A DNA stretch of 64,000 nucleotides from Mobula hypostoma (GCF_963921235.1 NC_086097.1:163434001-163498000), one strand, 5' to 3'; positions 23,420-36,185 are shown, counted from the stretch's first letter. Notes: generated by a model not told the origin, from the sequence alone. A program made the numbers and translations.

Positions 23420-25545
23420 CCAATGTGAGTCAAGACTGGGAAGTGATGAATAAACTCTTCTCAGGCTTCCAACCAGGTACAGGTATTGATTATAACAGAC
23501 GTTTTGATGACAAACTCTGCCGTCCTCTATCAGGGACAATGCCTGAGCATGTCTAGTCTGGTGGTATTTATAACCCTATAGTTCATCCCTCCTGATTGTA
23601 AATGAGGTGGGAGAGCAGAAACCAATCGAATTCCATTTCTTAGAGTGAGACCTTCATCTTTTCCTCTAGTTTTATTTCAATGGCTTTCTTTACCAGGCGA
23701 TGCCAAAAGCCATTGGCATAGCACGGTGGTTTGTATCGTTGAAGTCCATCCTATGACTATTGCGATTGCAGTGTTCTGCTACTGCCAATTTTTCTGGGTA
23801 ACCCAAACAGACACACCTCCCGTGTTCCTCGGTGCAGGTTTGCACTATGTGAACCAGCTGGCCTATCTACACTGCTCAGCATTCACAGGGAATCCTGTAA
23901 GTTCCAGCTGACCTGAACCCCGGATCATCTTCGACCTGCATAAGCTCTGACTGAGCATCCTTACGGGTTTGTGGATGGTCTTAATCTGGTGTTTCTTCAG
24001 GATCCTGCCGATCCTTCCAGAAACCGTGGTAACACAGGGAAAACGGGCAGTAGCAGCAGATTCCTCCTCATTGTTGGGTTTCCCGGTTTTTCTGTCAGCC
24101 CTTTTCAGGGCCAATTGATTTCCTTCACCTTGTAGCCAGTCTGCAGGAATGTCGTGCATAATCGTCTTGCTTTTTCAAGGAGACTCTCTGTGTCCAAAAT
24201 AGTTTTTGCACGGTTACTCAAATTAGAAAGAACTGCTCTTTGTTGGGAGGCATGATGGTGGCTGTTATTGTTGAGGTATAAGTCCATGTGAGTAGGTTTC
24301 TGATAGACGTTTGAGGTTACTGTCCGGTTTGCATTGTATTAGAATGTCCAGGCAACTATTAGAGGCAACTGTCCTTCTCTATCTCCATCATCAATTGAAT
24401 GTTTGGATGTATGCTGTTCAGATGGTTGTGGAACTGTTGGAGTGCCTGGTGGTGTCAATCATGTATCTGAAGAAGCTTTTGGGGTTCAAGGGCGATGAAT
24501 TCAGTGCCCTTTCCTTAGTCTTTCATGTAGAAATTAGCACTAGCTGGCGACAAGTGGGATTCGATGGCCACTTGGTCTGTTTGTTCATAGTAGTTCCTCT
24601 TATAGAGGAAGTACATTGATGTAAGGCTGTGTTGAAAAGGTCAATGGTGCCTTTATCAAACCTCGACTGCAGGAGGACCAAGCTGTCTTTAATGGGAACT
24701 CTCGTGAACAGGGACACCACATTGAAACTGATCATTATGTCCTCTGGGTTCAGCTGGATATTGGTTATCTTTTTAACAAAGTCAGTTGAATTTGTGATGT
24801 GATGCTTACAGCCCACATCAAAGGGAGAGAGTGTGGTTGTTAAATGGTTAGCGAGGTATTAAGTTGGCGAATTTATCCCACTGACAATAGGCCTCAGGAG
24901 AATCCTCCTCATGTATCTTGAGGAGTCCATAAAGTTTTGATGATACTGGTGTCTGAGGCAGAAGTTTCTTGCCTATGTCTTCTAGCAGTCTAGATCTGTT
25001 CAGTAAAGTGGAGGTCATCTTGACAATTAAATCCATGGGATCCCACTGTAAACTCCTGTGGGTGGGGTCATCCAGAATCTGTTGGACTTTCCTGTGGTAT
25101 TCCTCAGAGGTAATCAGAACCGTTGCATTTCCTTTGTCCACTGGTAAAATCATGATGGCTAGGTTTTGCCGTAATGCCTGAAGGGTCAGTCGCTCTCCTT
25201 TTGTAGTGTTCAGTTTTGACAAAATATCTCTTTTTAGGGCCATACAGACCTCTATTTTTACCTCCTCCATGGTATCCGGTGGTAGTTTTCAGATTACTTG
25301 TTCTACTCTGCCAATGTAGTCCTGATAAGGTATAGCTCTGCGACCGGAGTGAAGTTTAGCCCACTGGCGAGGACCGATCTATTCACCTTGTTGATGCTTT
25401 GTCCGGTTTGATTGATGACAGTCAAACAAGTTCACCTTGGGCAGCGGTTGTCCTGTCGATGCACTCCCAATAATCACTTGGAGACAAGAGGGCTGAACAA
25501 TTCCAGGTTTGTGTTGATGTCCAGAGCAGATCGAATATAATGCAT
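23420..25545 (-). mobile_element. Penelope-like element (Poseidon type): RT and GIY-YIG endonuclease, degraded
   Basis: ILPVDKGNATV, KLYGLLKIH, ISFNVVSLFTRVP, DLYLNNNSHH, and AGTYRIPCEC*AV*IGQ (~23860-23910); 3' region has TATAAATA and a hammerhead-like motif. Confidence 0.92.
23495..23545 (-). ncRNA. Decayed minimal type I hammerhead ribozyme in the Penelope 3' repeat
   Basis: Minus strand cc-CTGATAGA-ggacggcagagtttgtcatc-AAAA-CGTC: CUGANGA-like box, stem II, GAAA lost by CpG decay, GUC site. Confidence 0.6.
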
Positions 25546-25574
25546 ACGCTCCTTAATCAATTAGTAAGTGGACT

Positions 25575-26645
25575 AAATTAGTAAGTGGGGAATGGCAAGT
25601 GGTGTTTTAATTGGATAAGTGCAAGTTGTTGAGTTTTGCAAATTCAAATCCATGTTGGACTTGCACTGTGAACAGTGGGGGGGGGGGTATGGGAGTGTAG
25701 CTGAATAGAGGGACCTCAGAGTCCCTCTATTCAGAGTACATGGTTCCCTGAAAGTGGAGTTGCAGATGGACAGGGTGGTGAAGAAACCTCTGGCACAATA
25801 GTCTTCATTAGTCAGTACATCGAGTATAAACATTGGGAGGTTGTGCAGGACATTCAGGCCGCACTTGGATTATTGTGTTCAGTTTTGGTTGCCCTGGTAT
25901 AGGAACAATGTTGTTAAATTGGAAAAAGTGCAGAAAAGATTTGCAAGGATGCTGCCAGGACTTGAACTGAATTATAGGAAAAGGTTGGATAGGCTAGGAC
26001 TTTATTCCTTAGAGCATAGGAGACTGAGAGGTAATCTTATTGAGATGTATAAAATCATGAAGGGAATTGTGGGATGAATGCACTGTCTTTTTCCAAGAAA
26101 AAATACTAGAGGGTATAGGTTTAAGGTGAGAAAGTAGATTCAAGAACAACTTGAGAGACAGGTTTTTATTTACATAAGAGGTGATATCAATGTGGAATGA
26201 GAGGAAGTGGTTGAGGCAGGTACAGTAACAATTTTTAAAAGACAGTGGAAAGATTGAAGATTAAAAACAATAGCTTTATCTGTCACATAAACATTGAAAC
26301 ATTCAGTAAAATGCATCATTTATGCCAATGACCAACACAGTCCGAAGATGTGCTACGGTATGGCATAAGTGTCACCACACTTTCGGTGTCAACATAGCAT
26401 GTCCACAATTTACTAACCCTAATCTGTGTGTCTTTGGGATGTGGGAGGAAACAGGAGCACCTGGAGGAAATCTGTGTTGCTCGTGCTGTAATAGTATTAC
26501 ACTAATCCCTGCGCTACTGTACCACCCACAGTTTAAAAGGTTGTGGGCCAAATGCTGGCAAATGGGACTTGCTCGGATGGGGTATCTTGGTCAGCTTAAA
26601 TAAGTTGGGCTGAAGGTTATGTGGATGTTCTGAATGATTTTGTGA
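25575..26645 (+). mobile_element. CR1 3' fragment split by a SINE
   Basis: RPHLDYCVQFWLPWYRNNVVKLEKVQKRFARMLPGLE...RLRGNLIEMYKIMKG; the 3' UTR resumes at ~26531. Confidence 0.9.
26250..26530 (-). mobile_element. V-domain SINE
   Basis: Reverse complement of the 2695-2972 family (gtgggaggaaacaggagcacctggaggaaa). Confidence 0.8.
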
Positions 26646-26949
26646 CCCCAAAGGTCTTACAGAAGTGGAGCTAATGGGAACATCATGGTGACTATGTTCC
26701 AGAAGTAGGTCATCCAAACCTCAGTTGCTGAACTAGAGTACACAGAATATTTTGCATTCACAGAGGTTCAGAAGACCAGCTCCAATCCATTGTCAGCTCA
26801 TTCACTGATGCAGGTGAGGGTATGGACTCTACATTCTGACCCTTTGAAACAGATGCTTCATTCTGAGCTTTGCCATGTGGAGACATTATCAAGCAGATGA
26901 TCTAAAAATATGCTCAATGCATGCTTGGAAATATGGAACATTCCCACTA

Positions 26950-27215
26950 TTGAGAAAGTTTAACCACGACTGGTGAAAGTGGAGAAGAAATATTCAGAAT
27001 GTTAAGAACTTTGAGACTGTGCATTGGGAGCACAGAAATATCCTATGTAATCAGCAGAAAGGCCACCTCACAAACCACCCACCTGCCCAACCCTTCAGGA
27101 CCTCCTGCCAAATCTGTGGAAGACTCTGTAGTTCCAACACTGGTCCCATCAGTCATCTCAGAACGAGAACAGAAGCAAATCATCATGGATCCTGAGGGAC
27201 TGCCTGAAGAAAATC
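26950..27215 (+). mobile_element. RTE-clade LINE 3' end
   Basis: Terminal zinc-finger-like CQICGRLCSSNTGPISHLRT, short 3' UTR ending ggactgcctgaagaa. Confidence 0.65.
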
Positions 27216-27354
27216 TGTGTGTGTTTTGTCTTTCTGAAGCAGTTTCTTTTCAGTTTATTGTTTGCAGAAGATCTTGTGTGCAGTGGTTTCTTACCATCAG
27301 TGCTGCTTTTGTTTATGTACAAATCAGGAAAGGAAAAACAGTATGTGAACGTTG

Positions 27355-28430
27355 GCGTCAGAATCAGGTTTAATATCACTGGCATACTGTTTATCATGAA
27401 ACTTGTTTTGCAGTAGCAGTACATTGCAATACACAGTAATAAATCTATAAATTACAGTAAGTATATATACATAGAACTGATAAAAAGTCTCTGCCCGAAA
27501 TGTCGACTGTACTTTTTTCCTTAGATGCTGCCTGACCTGCTGAGCTTCCTCAGCATTTTGTGTGTTTTGCTCGGATTTCCAGAATTTGTAGATTTTTCTC
27601 GTGTTTGTGATTGGTCCACAATGAAGTCCTTGGTAAATGACATTGAGTACAAGGTTGTTGCTGCAACACCACTCATCTGAGTTACTCCTATGTCCCACCT
27701 CGTCATCATCTAAAATTCAGCCAACAATTGTTGTGTCTTCGGCAAATTTATAGATGGCATTTGAGCATCGCCTAGCCTCGCAGTCATTGCCGTAGAGAGA
27801 GCAGAGCAGTGGGCTAAACACGCAATCATAAAGTGTGCTAGTGTTGATTGTCAGTGAGCTGGAGATGTTTCATCCGATCCACACAGACTGTGGCCACACA
27901 GTGAGGAAGCCAAGGATCCAGTGGGAGGTACAGAGACCCAGGTTTTGGAGCTTTTTGACTAGAAATGAAGGTGTGATTGCGTTGAATGCTGAGCTGTAGT
28001 CAATAAATAGCAGCCTGATGTAAGTATTAAAATTGTCCATTGCAATCGCTTCACAGACGGTTTCACAGAGCTGTAGTTTGATTCTCCCTTTCAATGTGCA
28101 TAAAAGGCATTGAGCTCATCTGGGAGTGAAATATCACTGCCATTCATGATATGTTTCACTTTGTAGGAAGTAATAGTCTGCAAATGCTGTCAGAGCTGAA
28201 GTGCATCCGATTTTGTCTCTAATTTCAATTGGAATTGTTTTTTCAGTCTTAAAATAGACTTCTGTAGGTTGTACTTGTATAGTTCTAAATCACCAGTGTT
28301 GAATGCCACAGATCTAGTCCTCAAAGGACTACAGATCACCTGGTTCATCCATGGGTTTTGGTCGAGGTAAGTTCTCAAAGGCACACACTCATCTACACAG
28401 ATCCGGATGAAGTCGGTGACAACTGACTTC
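27355..28430 (-). mobile_element. Rex1/Babar LINE fragment, interrupted at 27477-27610
   Basis: [30 protein letters not shown] and VVTDFIRICVDECVP...NPWMNQ; agaatcaggtttaat tail. Confidence 0.9.
27477..27610 (+). mobile_element. Penelope-tail repeat with decayed hammerhead core
   Basis: CTGATAA-aaagtctctgccc-GAAA-tGTC-gactg followed by gatgctgcctgacctgctgag. Confidence 0.7.
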
Positions 28431-28667
28431 ATCTGACTCTTTTTTCTTTAAAGTTGTAGATGGCAGGACTTTCTCACCTATGATCTTTGCATGAAATCAA
28501 GGCTTTACGAAAACTTTGATTATTTGCTTTCCAATTATCCAGAAGGGCTTGGCTCCCTGATAGAGGCAAAGATACAGCTTGCTCTCAGATACTCACCCCA
28601 GCATGCATTAACAAGGGGATTGGTTGTACATTTACCTTTTGAGCCTGAGGATTTTGAATTCAACAAA

Positions 28668-28850
28668 AACTCAGCACACTTTTGGCATGATAAATGAAGG
28701 AGAATCCTAAAGGCTTCTACATGTATATTAAGCACAAAAATACTAAAGGACAAACTTGGTCCCGTTGAAGATCAGAGTGGTTATTTATACATAGAGCCGA
28801 AAAAGATGGGAGATCTAAAATGGATTTTTTGCATCAGTATGGACACAGTC
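28668..28850 (+). repeat. CR1 fragment duplicated at 32110-32290
   Basis: Colinear near-identity from cacacttttggc to tatggacacagtc. Confidence 0.85.
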
Positions 28851-29444
28851 TTAAACACAAAATGAAGCAAGAGTTCTGGACTAGCTGGAGGTTGAAGGGA
28901 TATGGAGCTGAGGTCTCACCTCTTCTCTCTTTCTACCATTGTAGAGAATAGCTGGAGAACCCTGGTGTCCTGCTCTGTATTTCTCCGCCAATCCATCAAA
29001 TGCTGGCAGCTTTGGGAGCTTACTGTGCACTGATTGGCTGCTGCATTCACTGGTCTTTTGCTGATTTTCCGAAGTATTTAGAACGTTTTCATTTAATGCA
29101 AGTCCTTTTTCTGATGTGTTTTCACCAGCTAATTTATGTATGCTGGAGGGCCGCCAGGGCAATTATCCAGAGTGAGAACTGTTCTAGGCAGCAAAATTGG
29201 CCCTTGGGTCTTGCAGAATCATGTCCTGAAGTGCCCTGTGTTTTCAGATTCTGCCTGACTTGCTGAGTTCCACCAGAGGATTTTTGCTCTAGGTTACAGC
29301 ATCTGAACCTCTTGTGTTTCTATCGACAGCCAAGCCGCTATAGGTAACTCAGCACAGATTTGAGATTGATCCTCTTGGCCTCCATTTCCTTTCATTTCCC
29401 TTCATTTCTCAAGTTGGGATACAATGCAAGAGCAGTACTGAGTG

Positions 29445-29745
29445 TCAGCATGGAGTGGTGCAGTTAGTAAAATCATTGTCTTCCTTCTCAGGGAAGTGAG
29501 CTCAATACTGTTCTCCAATGCTTACATTGTATAATTTACATATTCTCTATGATCGCCTGGATTTCGTCCAGTTTCCTCTCTTACCCTAAAAGGTGTCCGA
29601 GTTGTTAGCTTAATTGGCTACTGTAAACTGCCTTTAGTGTGTTTGTCAATTGAATTGATAGGAATATGGGGAGCTTAAATGGATCAGCATAAGATTAGTG
29701 TGACTGAGTCAGTAATTGGGCCTTTTTCTACACTCTATGATCCTA
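29445..29745 (+). mobile_element. Old V-SINE with CR1-type tail (HE1-like)
   Basis: gtggtgcagttagta head, ccagtttcctc...ttaattggctactgtaaactgcc core, gggccttttt...ctatga tail. Confidence 0.6.
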
Positions 29746-31465
29746 TGTCTCTCAGATGCTGTCTGGTTACTATGGCTACACCAATTGCGGTCACCTTACC
29801 GAAGAACAGCAAGGGGCAGCAGAACTGTGACAGAGGCAAGGCATGGAAGAGAGGCGGTTTGCTTTGGGTCAGTTTTGGGTGAATAAGTGACAAGATGCTT
29901 CTAGCCCTTGCCCAGATCAGCAGCTTCTGGAAGCTGGGAGCCATGCTCAGCTGTGACAGCAGAGACAACCTATTTACTGAGGTCCATTTTGAGGCTGCTG
30001 ACCTCATGAGAACTGCAGATTGGGATTAGTACTGAGCAGATGCAGAAGGGCAAGGGTAAGTTTAGGAGGGAGAAGGCTACAGAGAGGTTTTGAGAAGATG
30101 AGAAGGTAACTGGACCAGGCAAAGAGTATCCCTGAGCAACGATAATATATAGAGCCAGAAGATTAGCTTCATCTTGTCTCATTTGAACCAGACGTTGTAT
30201 TTTTATTTTCAAAAACTCCTCTTGTACATAGCATTTTTGGTTAAAGCATTTGAATATATCAACACCTACAAAAAATGTGCACTAGGAGCAAGAGTAAGCC
30301 ACTCAGTCATTTAACCCTTTCCCTGCTGTTCCATAAGGTCACGGCTGATATGCTTGTAACCACATCTCAGCATTTCTGCATTCCCAGCTAGCCGCAATAA
30401 TCCTTGAAAGATCCGAAGTACCCCATACTACAGGCAGCAGACACCAGAATTGATTTTTTCCATCCAATACCACCTTGACATTTTCACAACCCTCTATGGA
30501 TTAGTTTATGATCTTCCTCCAAACAGAAAGGAAACCATCCTCCCGTTCTGCATAGCTTGGCCCTCATGGACATAACCCTCATCGACTAGCTGGAAAGAGC
30601 GATCTTTTTCAGGGCTAAAATCTCCTGGTGGTTTGTGAAGGCTGCTAATGCACAATGCCCGAGCAGAAACATTTCCTTTTTAAATTACTGACATGTGCCT
30701 GCTCTCATTTATCTATGCATGAAGTTAGACATTTTTGAATACAATTGTTTTACATAATCTAACAGTTCGTTTAATTCACTTCATGTTTATTGGAGTTGGA
30801 AAAGTTTCAAAATCATCTGTATTTGAATGCTGAGAAACAATTTTTACCATGGCAGCACTCTAAGACATGGCGTGAGCAAGCTTTTAACATGATAAATTAT
30901 GGCAAAGTTCACAGTTTGCCATGTACTTACCTTCACTTTGCCTTCACAGAGTATCAATAGATCATTTCTTCTGTGCTTTAGCTCAGTGCTGCTGCGAGCC
31001 AGTAAGTCCTGCTCCCACTTGTTCATCGCATTTTCATTCTTTTTAAACAATACTCCTTTTACTTCTCATAACCTCAAGCTGTGTTTCATGCTTTTGTTTC
31101 TCTACATGATGGATTTAGTAAATTCATCTTTAAGCATTGGTATTTTAAAACAATATGAATTCATCCAGGCCACAGGCAACAGAATTATTCTTCAATGCTG
31201 GCTGGATCTATTTATGGAATAATGTGGCATGAAGCTCTGGCCAATTAAAACAATGCACTTCATTCAAATCCGGTAAATCAGAAGGTCGGTCTTCGTGAAT
31301 CACAGGAAGGACCTTCTTGAGATTCACACACCATGAGAGGAAAAGTGGTCAGGATTATCTTTAAAAAGTTAAATGTAACCTGTGGTAAAACATGAGCGCT
31401 CACCAGGTTAGACAGCATCTGACAAAATGGTGGAGGAACTCAGCAGGTCGGGCGGCATCAATAGA

Positions 31466-32081
31466 CATAGTCATAGTCATACCTTATTGATCCCGGGGGA
31501 AATTGGTTTTCATTACAGTTGCACCATAAATAATAAATAGTAATAAAACCATAAATAGTTAAAGTAGTAATATGTAAATTATGTCAGGAAGTAAGTCCAG
31601 GACCAGCCTATTGGCTCAGGGTGTCTGACCCTTCAAGGGAGGAGTTGTAAAGTTTGATGGCCACAGGCAGGAATGACTTCCTATGACGCTCTGTGTTGCA
31701 TCTCAGTGGAATGAGTCTCTGGCTGAATGTACTCCTGTGCCCACCCAGTACATTATGTAGCGGATGGGAGACATTGACCAAGATGGCATGCAACTAAGAC
31801 AGCATCCTCTTTTCAGACACCACTGTGAGAGAGTCCAGTTCCATCCCCACAACATCACTGACTTTATGAATGAGTTTGTTGATTCTGTTAGTGTCTGCTA
31901 CCCTCAGCCTGCTGCCCCTGCACACAACAGCAAACATGATAGTACTGGCCACCACAGACTCGTAGAACATCCTCAACATCGTCCGGCAGATGTTAAAGGA
32001 CCTCAGTCTCCTCAGGAAATAGAGACGGCTCTGACCCTTCTTGTAGACAGCCTCAGTGTTCTTTGACCAGTCCAGTTTACT
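31466..32081 (-). mobile_element. Young 5'-truncated Rex1/Babar LINE
   Basis: KLDWSKNTEAVYKKGQSRLYFLRRLRSFNICRTMLRMFYESVVASTIMFAVVC; (GACTAT)n tail; splits a Penelope-tail repeat. Confidence 0.92.
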
Positions 32082-32109
32082 GAGGGAAATAGACAGTAGA
32101 AGTTTTGGG

Positions 32110-33820
32110 TCAACACACTTTTGGCGCGATAAGTGAAGGAGAATCCTAAGGGCTTCTAAATGTATATTAAGCACAAAGATACTAAGGGACAAACTCGGTC
32201 CTCTTGAAGATCAGAGTGGTTATTTAAACATGGAGCCAAAAAAGATGGGAGATCCAAAATGAATTTTTTGCATCACTATGGACACAGTCCATAGAAGTGA
32301 GCCAATACAGCAGTGAGGTCATGAACCATATCAAGATTACAGAGCAGGAGGTGTTTGCTGTCTTGATGCAAATTGGGGTGGATAAATTCCTCTGGCCTGT
32401 CAAAGCCTCTGATCTTGTGGAAGGCTAGTGGAGAAATTGCAGGGCCTTAGCAGAGAAATTTAAAATGTCCTTAGCAATGGGTGAGGTGCTGGAGGATTGG
32501 TGAATAGCTGATGATCTGTTGTTTATGAAAGGCTCAAAAAATAAGTCAGGAAACTATCGGCCAGTGGGCCTGACATCAGTGGTGGGTAAGTTATTGGAAG
32601 GTATTTGGATAGATGGGAACTGATTTGGAATAGCTTTGTATGTGGTAGGTCATATCTAACCAAACTCTTATAGTTTTCAGGGAAGGTACCAGGAATGTTG
32701 ACGAAGGCATGACAGTGGATTTTGTCTACATGGACTTTAGCAAGACCTTTGACAAGGTCCTACATGGGAGGCTGGTCATGAAAGTTCAGTCGCTTGGCAT
32801 TCAGAATTGGGTAGTAAATTGGATTAGACATTGGTTTCGCTGTAGAAGCCAGAGAATGGTAATAGTTAGTTTCCTGTCTGACTGGAGGCCAGTGACTAGT
32901 GGAGTGCTGCAGGGATTGTTGTTGGGTCCATTGTTGTTTGTCATCTATATCAATAATTTGTAAACTGGATCAGCAAATTGGTGGATGACACTGAGATTGG
33001 GGGTGTAGTGGACAATGAGGGTGTGGACCAGTTGGAACAATGAAGTGAAAAATGGCAGATGGAATTTAATGCAGAGAAGTGTGAGGGTTTAGCACTTTGG
33101 GATGACAAACCAGGGTAGGACTTGTACAGTGAGTGGTGGGGCACTGAGGAGTGCAGTAGAACAGAGGGATCTGGGATTATTGATCCATAATTCTTTCAAA
33201 GTGACTTCACAGGTAGTTAAGTTTGTAAACAGGGCTTTTGGCACAATCACCTTCATTGATAAAAGTATTGAGTACAGGAGTTGGGATGTTATATTGAAGT
33301 TGCATAGGACATTGAGGCCTAATCTAGAGTATTGTGTGTCATCAAGATTGAAAGAGTCCAGAGAAGTGTTACAAAGATGTTGCTAGGACTTGAGTTATAG
33401 CATAAGGTTGTATAGGTCATACTTTATTCCATAGAGTGTAGGAGAATAAGAAGATATTTATTAGAGGTATAAAAGGTAATGAGGGGTACAGATAAGGTAA
33501 ATGCAAGCAGGCTTTTCCACTGCGTTTTGGTGAAGACTACAATTAGAGGTCATGGGTTAAAGGTGAAAGATGAAATTTTTAAGGGGAGCATGAGGGGAAC
33601 TTTCTTCATTCGTAGGGTTATGAGAGTGGGAAAGAGCTGCCAGCAAAAGTAGTTGTTGTGAGCTTGATTTCAACATTTAAGAGAAATTAGGATAGGTACA
33701 TGGTTGGGAAAGCTATGGAGGGATATGGTCCACCTGCATGTTAATGGGATAAGGTAGATTAATAGCTTTGCACAAAAGGATGAAGGACCTGTTTCAGTGC
33801 TGTAGTACTCTGACTCTGAC
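32110..33820 (+). mobile_element. CR1 ORF2 3' two-thirds plus 3' UTR
   Basis: VDFVYMDFSKTFDKVLHGRL...DWRPVTSGVLQGLLLGPLLFVIYINNL; (actctg)n tail. Confidence 0.92.
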
Positions 33821-34119
33821 ATCATCTGGACTGAATGATTTAAGTTTTAATTTCACTTCTGCCTCAAAAGCTTATCTTAAACACTCCCCTCAAGATTAGG
33901 CTAAAGTAAGGCCAGCTATGTACCAAGGCTTCTTCTGACATACCTAGTGTTTGAGGTACCTGCCCAATTTTGGCAGATTCCACAAAAGCAAAACCAAATC
34001 ATCTGCTTACTGTCAGTTTAAAATTAGACTAGGTAGACAGTTCACTCTATCTTAAACATCCCTCTCCCCTACTAAGCTCTTATTCCTACCAGCGGAGATG
34101 GGTAGAATTCTTTCCAATG

Positions 34120-34215
34120 CTTGTTCTGATGAATGGCCTTCTAGTTTGAAACATCTGTTTATTCCTCTCCTTAGATGGCTGTCTGACCTGCTGAGTTCCT
34201 CCAGCACTTTGTACA
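34120..34215 (+). mobile_element. Penelope-tail repeat retaining CTGATGA and GAAA boxes
   Basis: CTGATGA (34126-34132), GAAAC (34148-34152), then ctgacctgctgagttcctccagc; stem II no longer pairs. Confidence 0.65.
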
Positions 34216-34969
34216 GTGACATTAACACTGCATTGTAAACTCAACGACAGAGCCTTTGTTCTTGTGTTCTGAATCTGCAATAAAATCTGCATCATCAGTT
34301 AAAAGTTCAAACTTCATAGTAAATTTTATTATCAAAGTACATATATGCCAACCTGAGATTCATTTTCTTGTAGGCATACTCAGTAAATCTATAAAATAAC
34401 CATAATAGAATCAATGGAAGACCGCCCAAATACGGCGTTCAACCAGAATGCAGAAGACATCAAACTGTGCAAATACAAAAAGAAAAAAAAGAGCTTGATG
34501 GGTGGTAACTGTTCCTGAAACTAGGTATGAGCTGAATACAGATTCCTGGGGTTGATGACAGGTATTATCATGGGCTTTTAGGCCATGCTACCAGCAGTTA
34601 CTTCAGTGGACCAAGGAACATTATCAATCATGTTCATTATTCTCCCGTCACTATTTTAAGTCACTGAGGTTGAGCTACCAGCCAGAATTAACCCCAGTGT
34701 CATTAGTCCATGGATGGGACTTGCAGTAATTCTTCCAGTAACCGAAATAAAAAATCTCTCAGGAGTTTAACATTTTTTTCCTTTTGCAATGATGCCCCTC
34801 GTGTTAGGATGGAACTTATCCATTAGAAAAGGGAAAGAAAGCACATTTTCTTTTGCTCCGAAGGATTTTTACAACTAGCAAGTCATACAGTGTACATGCA
34901 GGTAGTTGTTTGAACTGTAAGTAGAGCAGATAATATTAAGAATCATGGTGAGACACAGAGAAATGCTTG

Positions 34970-35230
34970 GACTTGTTACTGTCAGGAAGGAGGTACAGAA
35001 GCCTGAAGGCACAAACTCTGTGAATCAAGAACAGCTTCTTCCCCTCTGTCATCTGATTCATAAATGTTCATTGAACTCATGAACACTACCTCACTTTTTT
35101 AATATTCTTTGTTTTGCACTATTTTAATCTATATATAGATATATAATTACTGTAGTTTATTTTTTCTATATTATCATGTGTTGCATTTCACAACAAATGC
35201 TGGTGATAATAAATCTGATTTTGATTTTTT
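34970..35230 (+). mobile_element. Rex1/Babar 3' end
   Basis: aggaggtacagaagcctgaagg...aacagcttcttcccc...aataaatctgatt; an opposite-strand tail fragment lies at 34300-34530. Confidence 0.75.
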
Positions 35231-35402
35231 CAGCTCTAATCACACTGCACTATTAGTGCATACATCATACATCACACACACTATGATGCATTCCTCTTTT
35301 CAACGATACTAATTCACGTAGAGTAATGGAGTCATGCAGAGATATAACACAGAAAAAGGCCTTTTAGTCCACTGAATCTGCACTGACCATTAACCACCCA
35401 GT

Positions 35403-36185
35403 TCAATAGGTTTCAAAAGGTACATTTAATGTCTGAGAAATGTATACAATATACATCCTGAAATTCTCTTTCTTCACAAACATCCATGAAAACAGGAGTG
35501 CCCAAAAGAATGAATGACAGTTAAATGTTAGAACCCCAAAGCCCCCCCCAGCTCCCCCCTCCCAAGCATAAGCAGCAACAAAGTGACAACCCCGCTCGCC
35601 CACCAGCAAAAAAGCATCTGTACTCTCCACCGAGCACTCAAGCATGCAGCAAAACATTAATAAAGGCACAGATCTGCAGTACCCCAAAGATTGTTCACCC
35701 GATATTCGACATACCACAGGCTCTCTCTCCCCCTAATAAGGGAAGAAGAGGTGTCCCCATTTCACAACGAGAGGGGAGACATGACAAAACAACTCGCCGA
35801 TTTATGGTGTTAAAAGTCCGTTGCGCTGCTTTTTCTGAGCTCTGTGTCCAAAGAACTTGGGGTCTCGGGGCACACAGCCAGCAGCAAGCTCACAGCTTTT
35901 GATCTTCCGTGTACTCTCATGACACACTGACCTCGAATCCGTCCTCTTCCAGAACCACGGAAATCCGGCACCCTGAAGGCGCACCAGTCTTCCAGGCCGT
36001 GTCCTTGGCATATCGAAAAGCAGCCAGTTGTAAGGCCCTGACAGCGGGTCCCATTACCGCAAAGAACCAAAGTTCGTGTGTAACACCGGGCCAGGGTCTT
36101 CAAAAGAACCCTGAAAGGGGGAAAAAAGAGATACTGAAGATATAAATAGAGCTGTTTCCAAAGATGCAAGCAAAGGAGACACGGT
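35403..36185 (-). mobile_element. Short, relatively GC/CpG-rich non-autonomous retroelement with Rex1-like tail
   Basis: Tail tcaaaaggtacatttaatgtc...catcctgaaattc resembles the window's Rex1 tails; body retains CpGs and has no RT motif. Confidence 0.5.

Noticed and set aside
26999..27373. 124-aa ORF as a zinc-finger gene
   Set aside because: The zinc-finger-like motif lies in another frame and belongs to an RTE 3' end; the ORF runs on into unrelated sequence.
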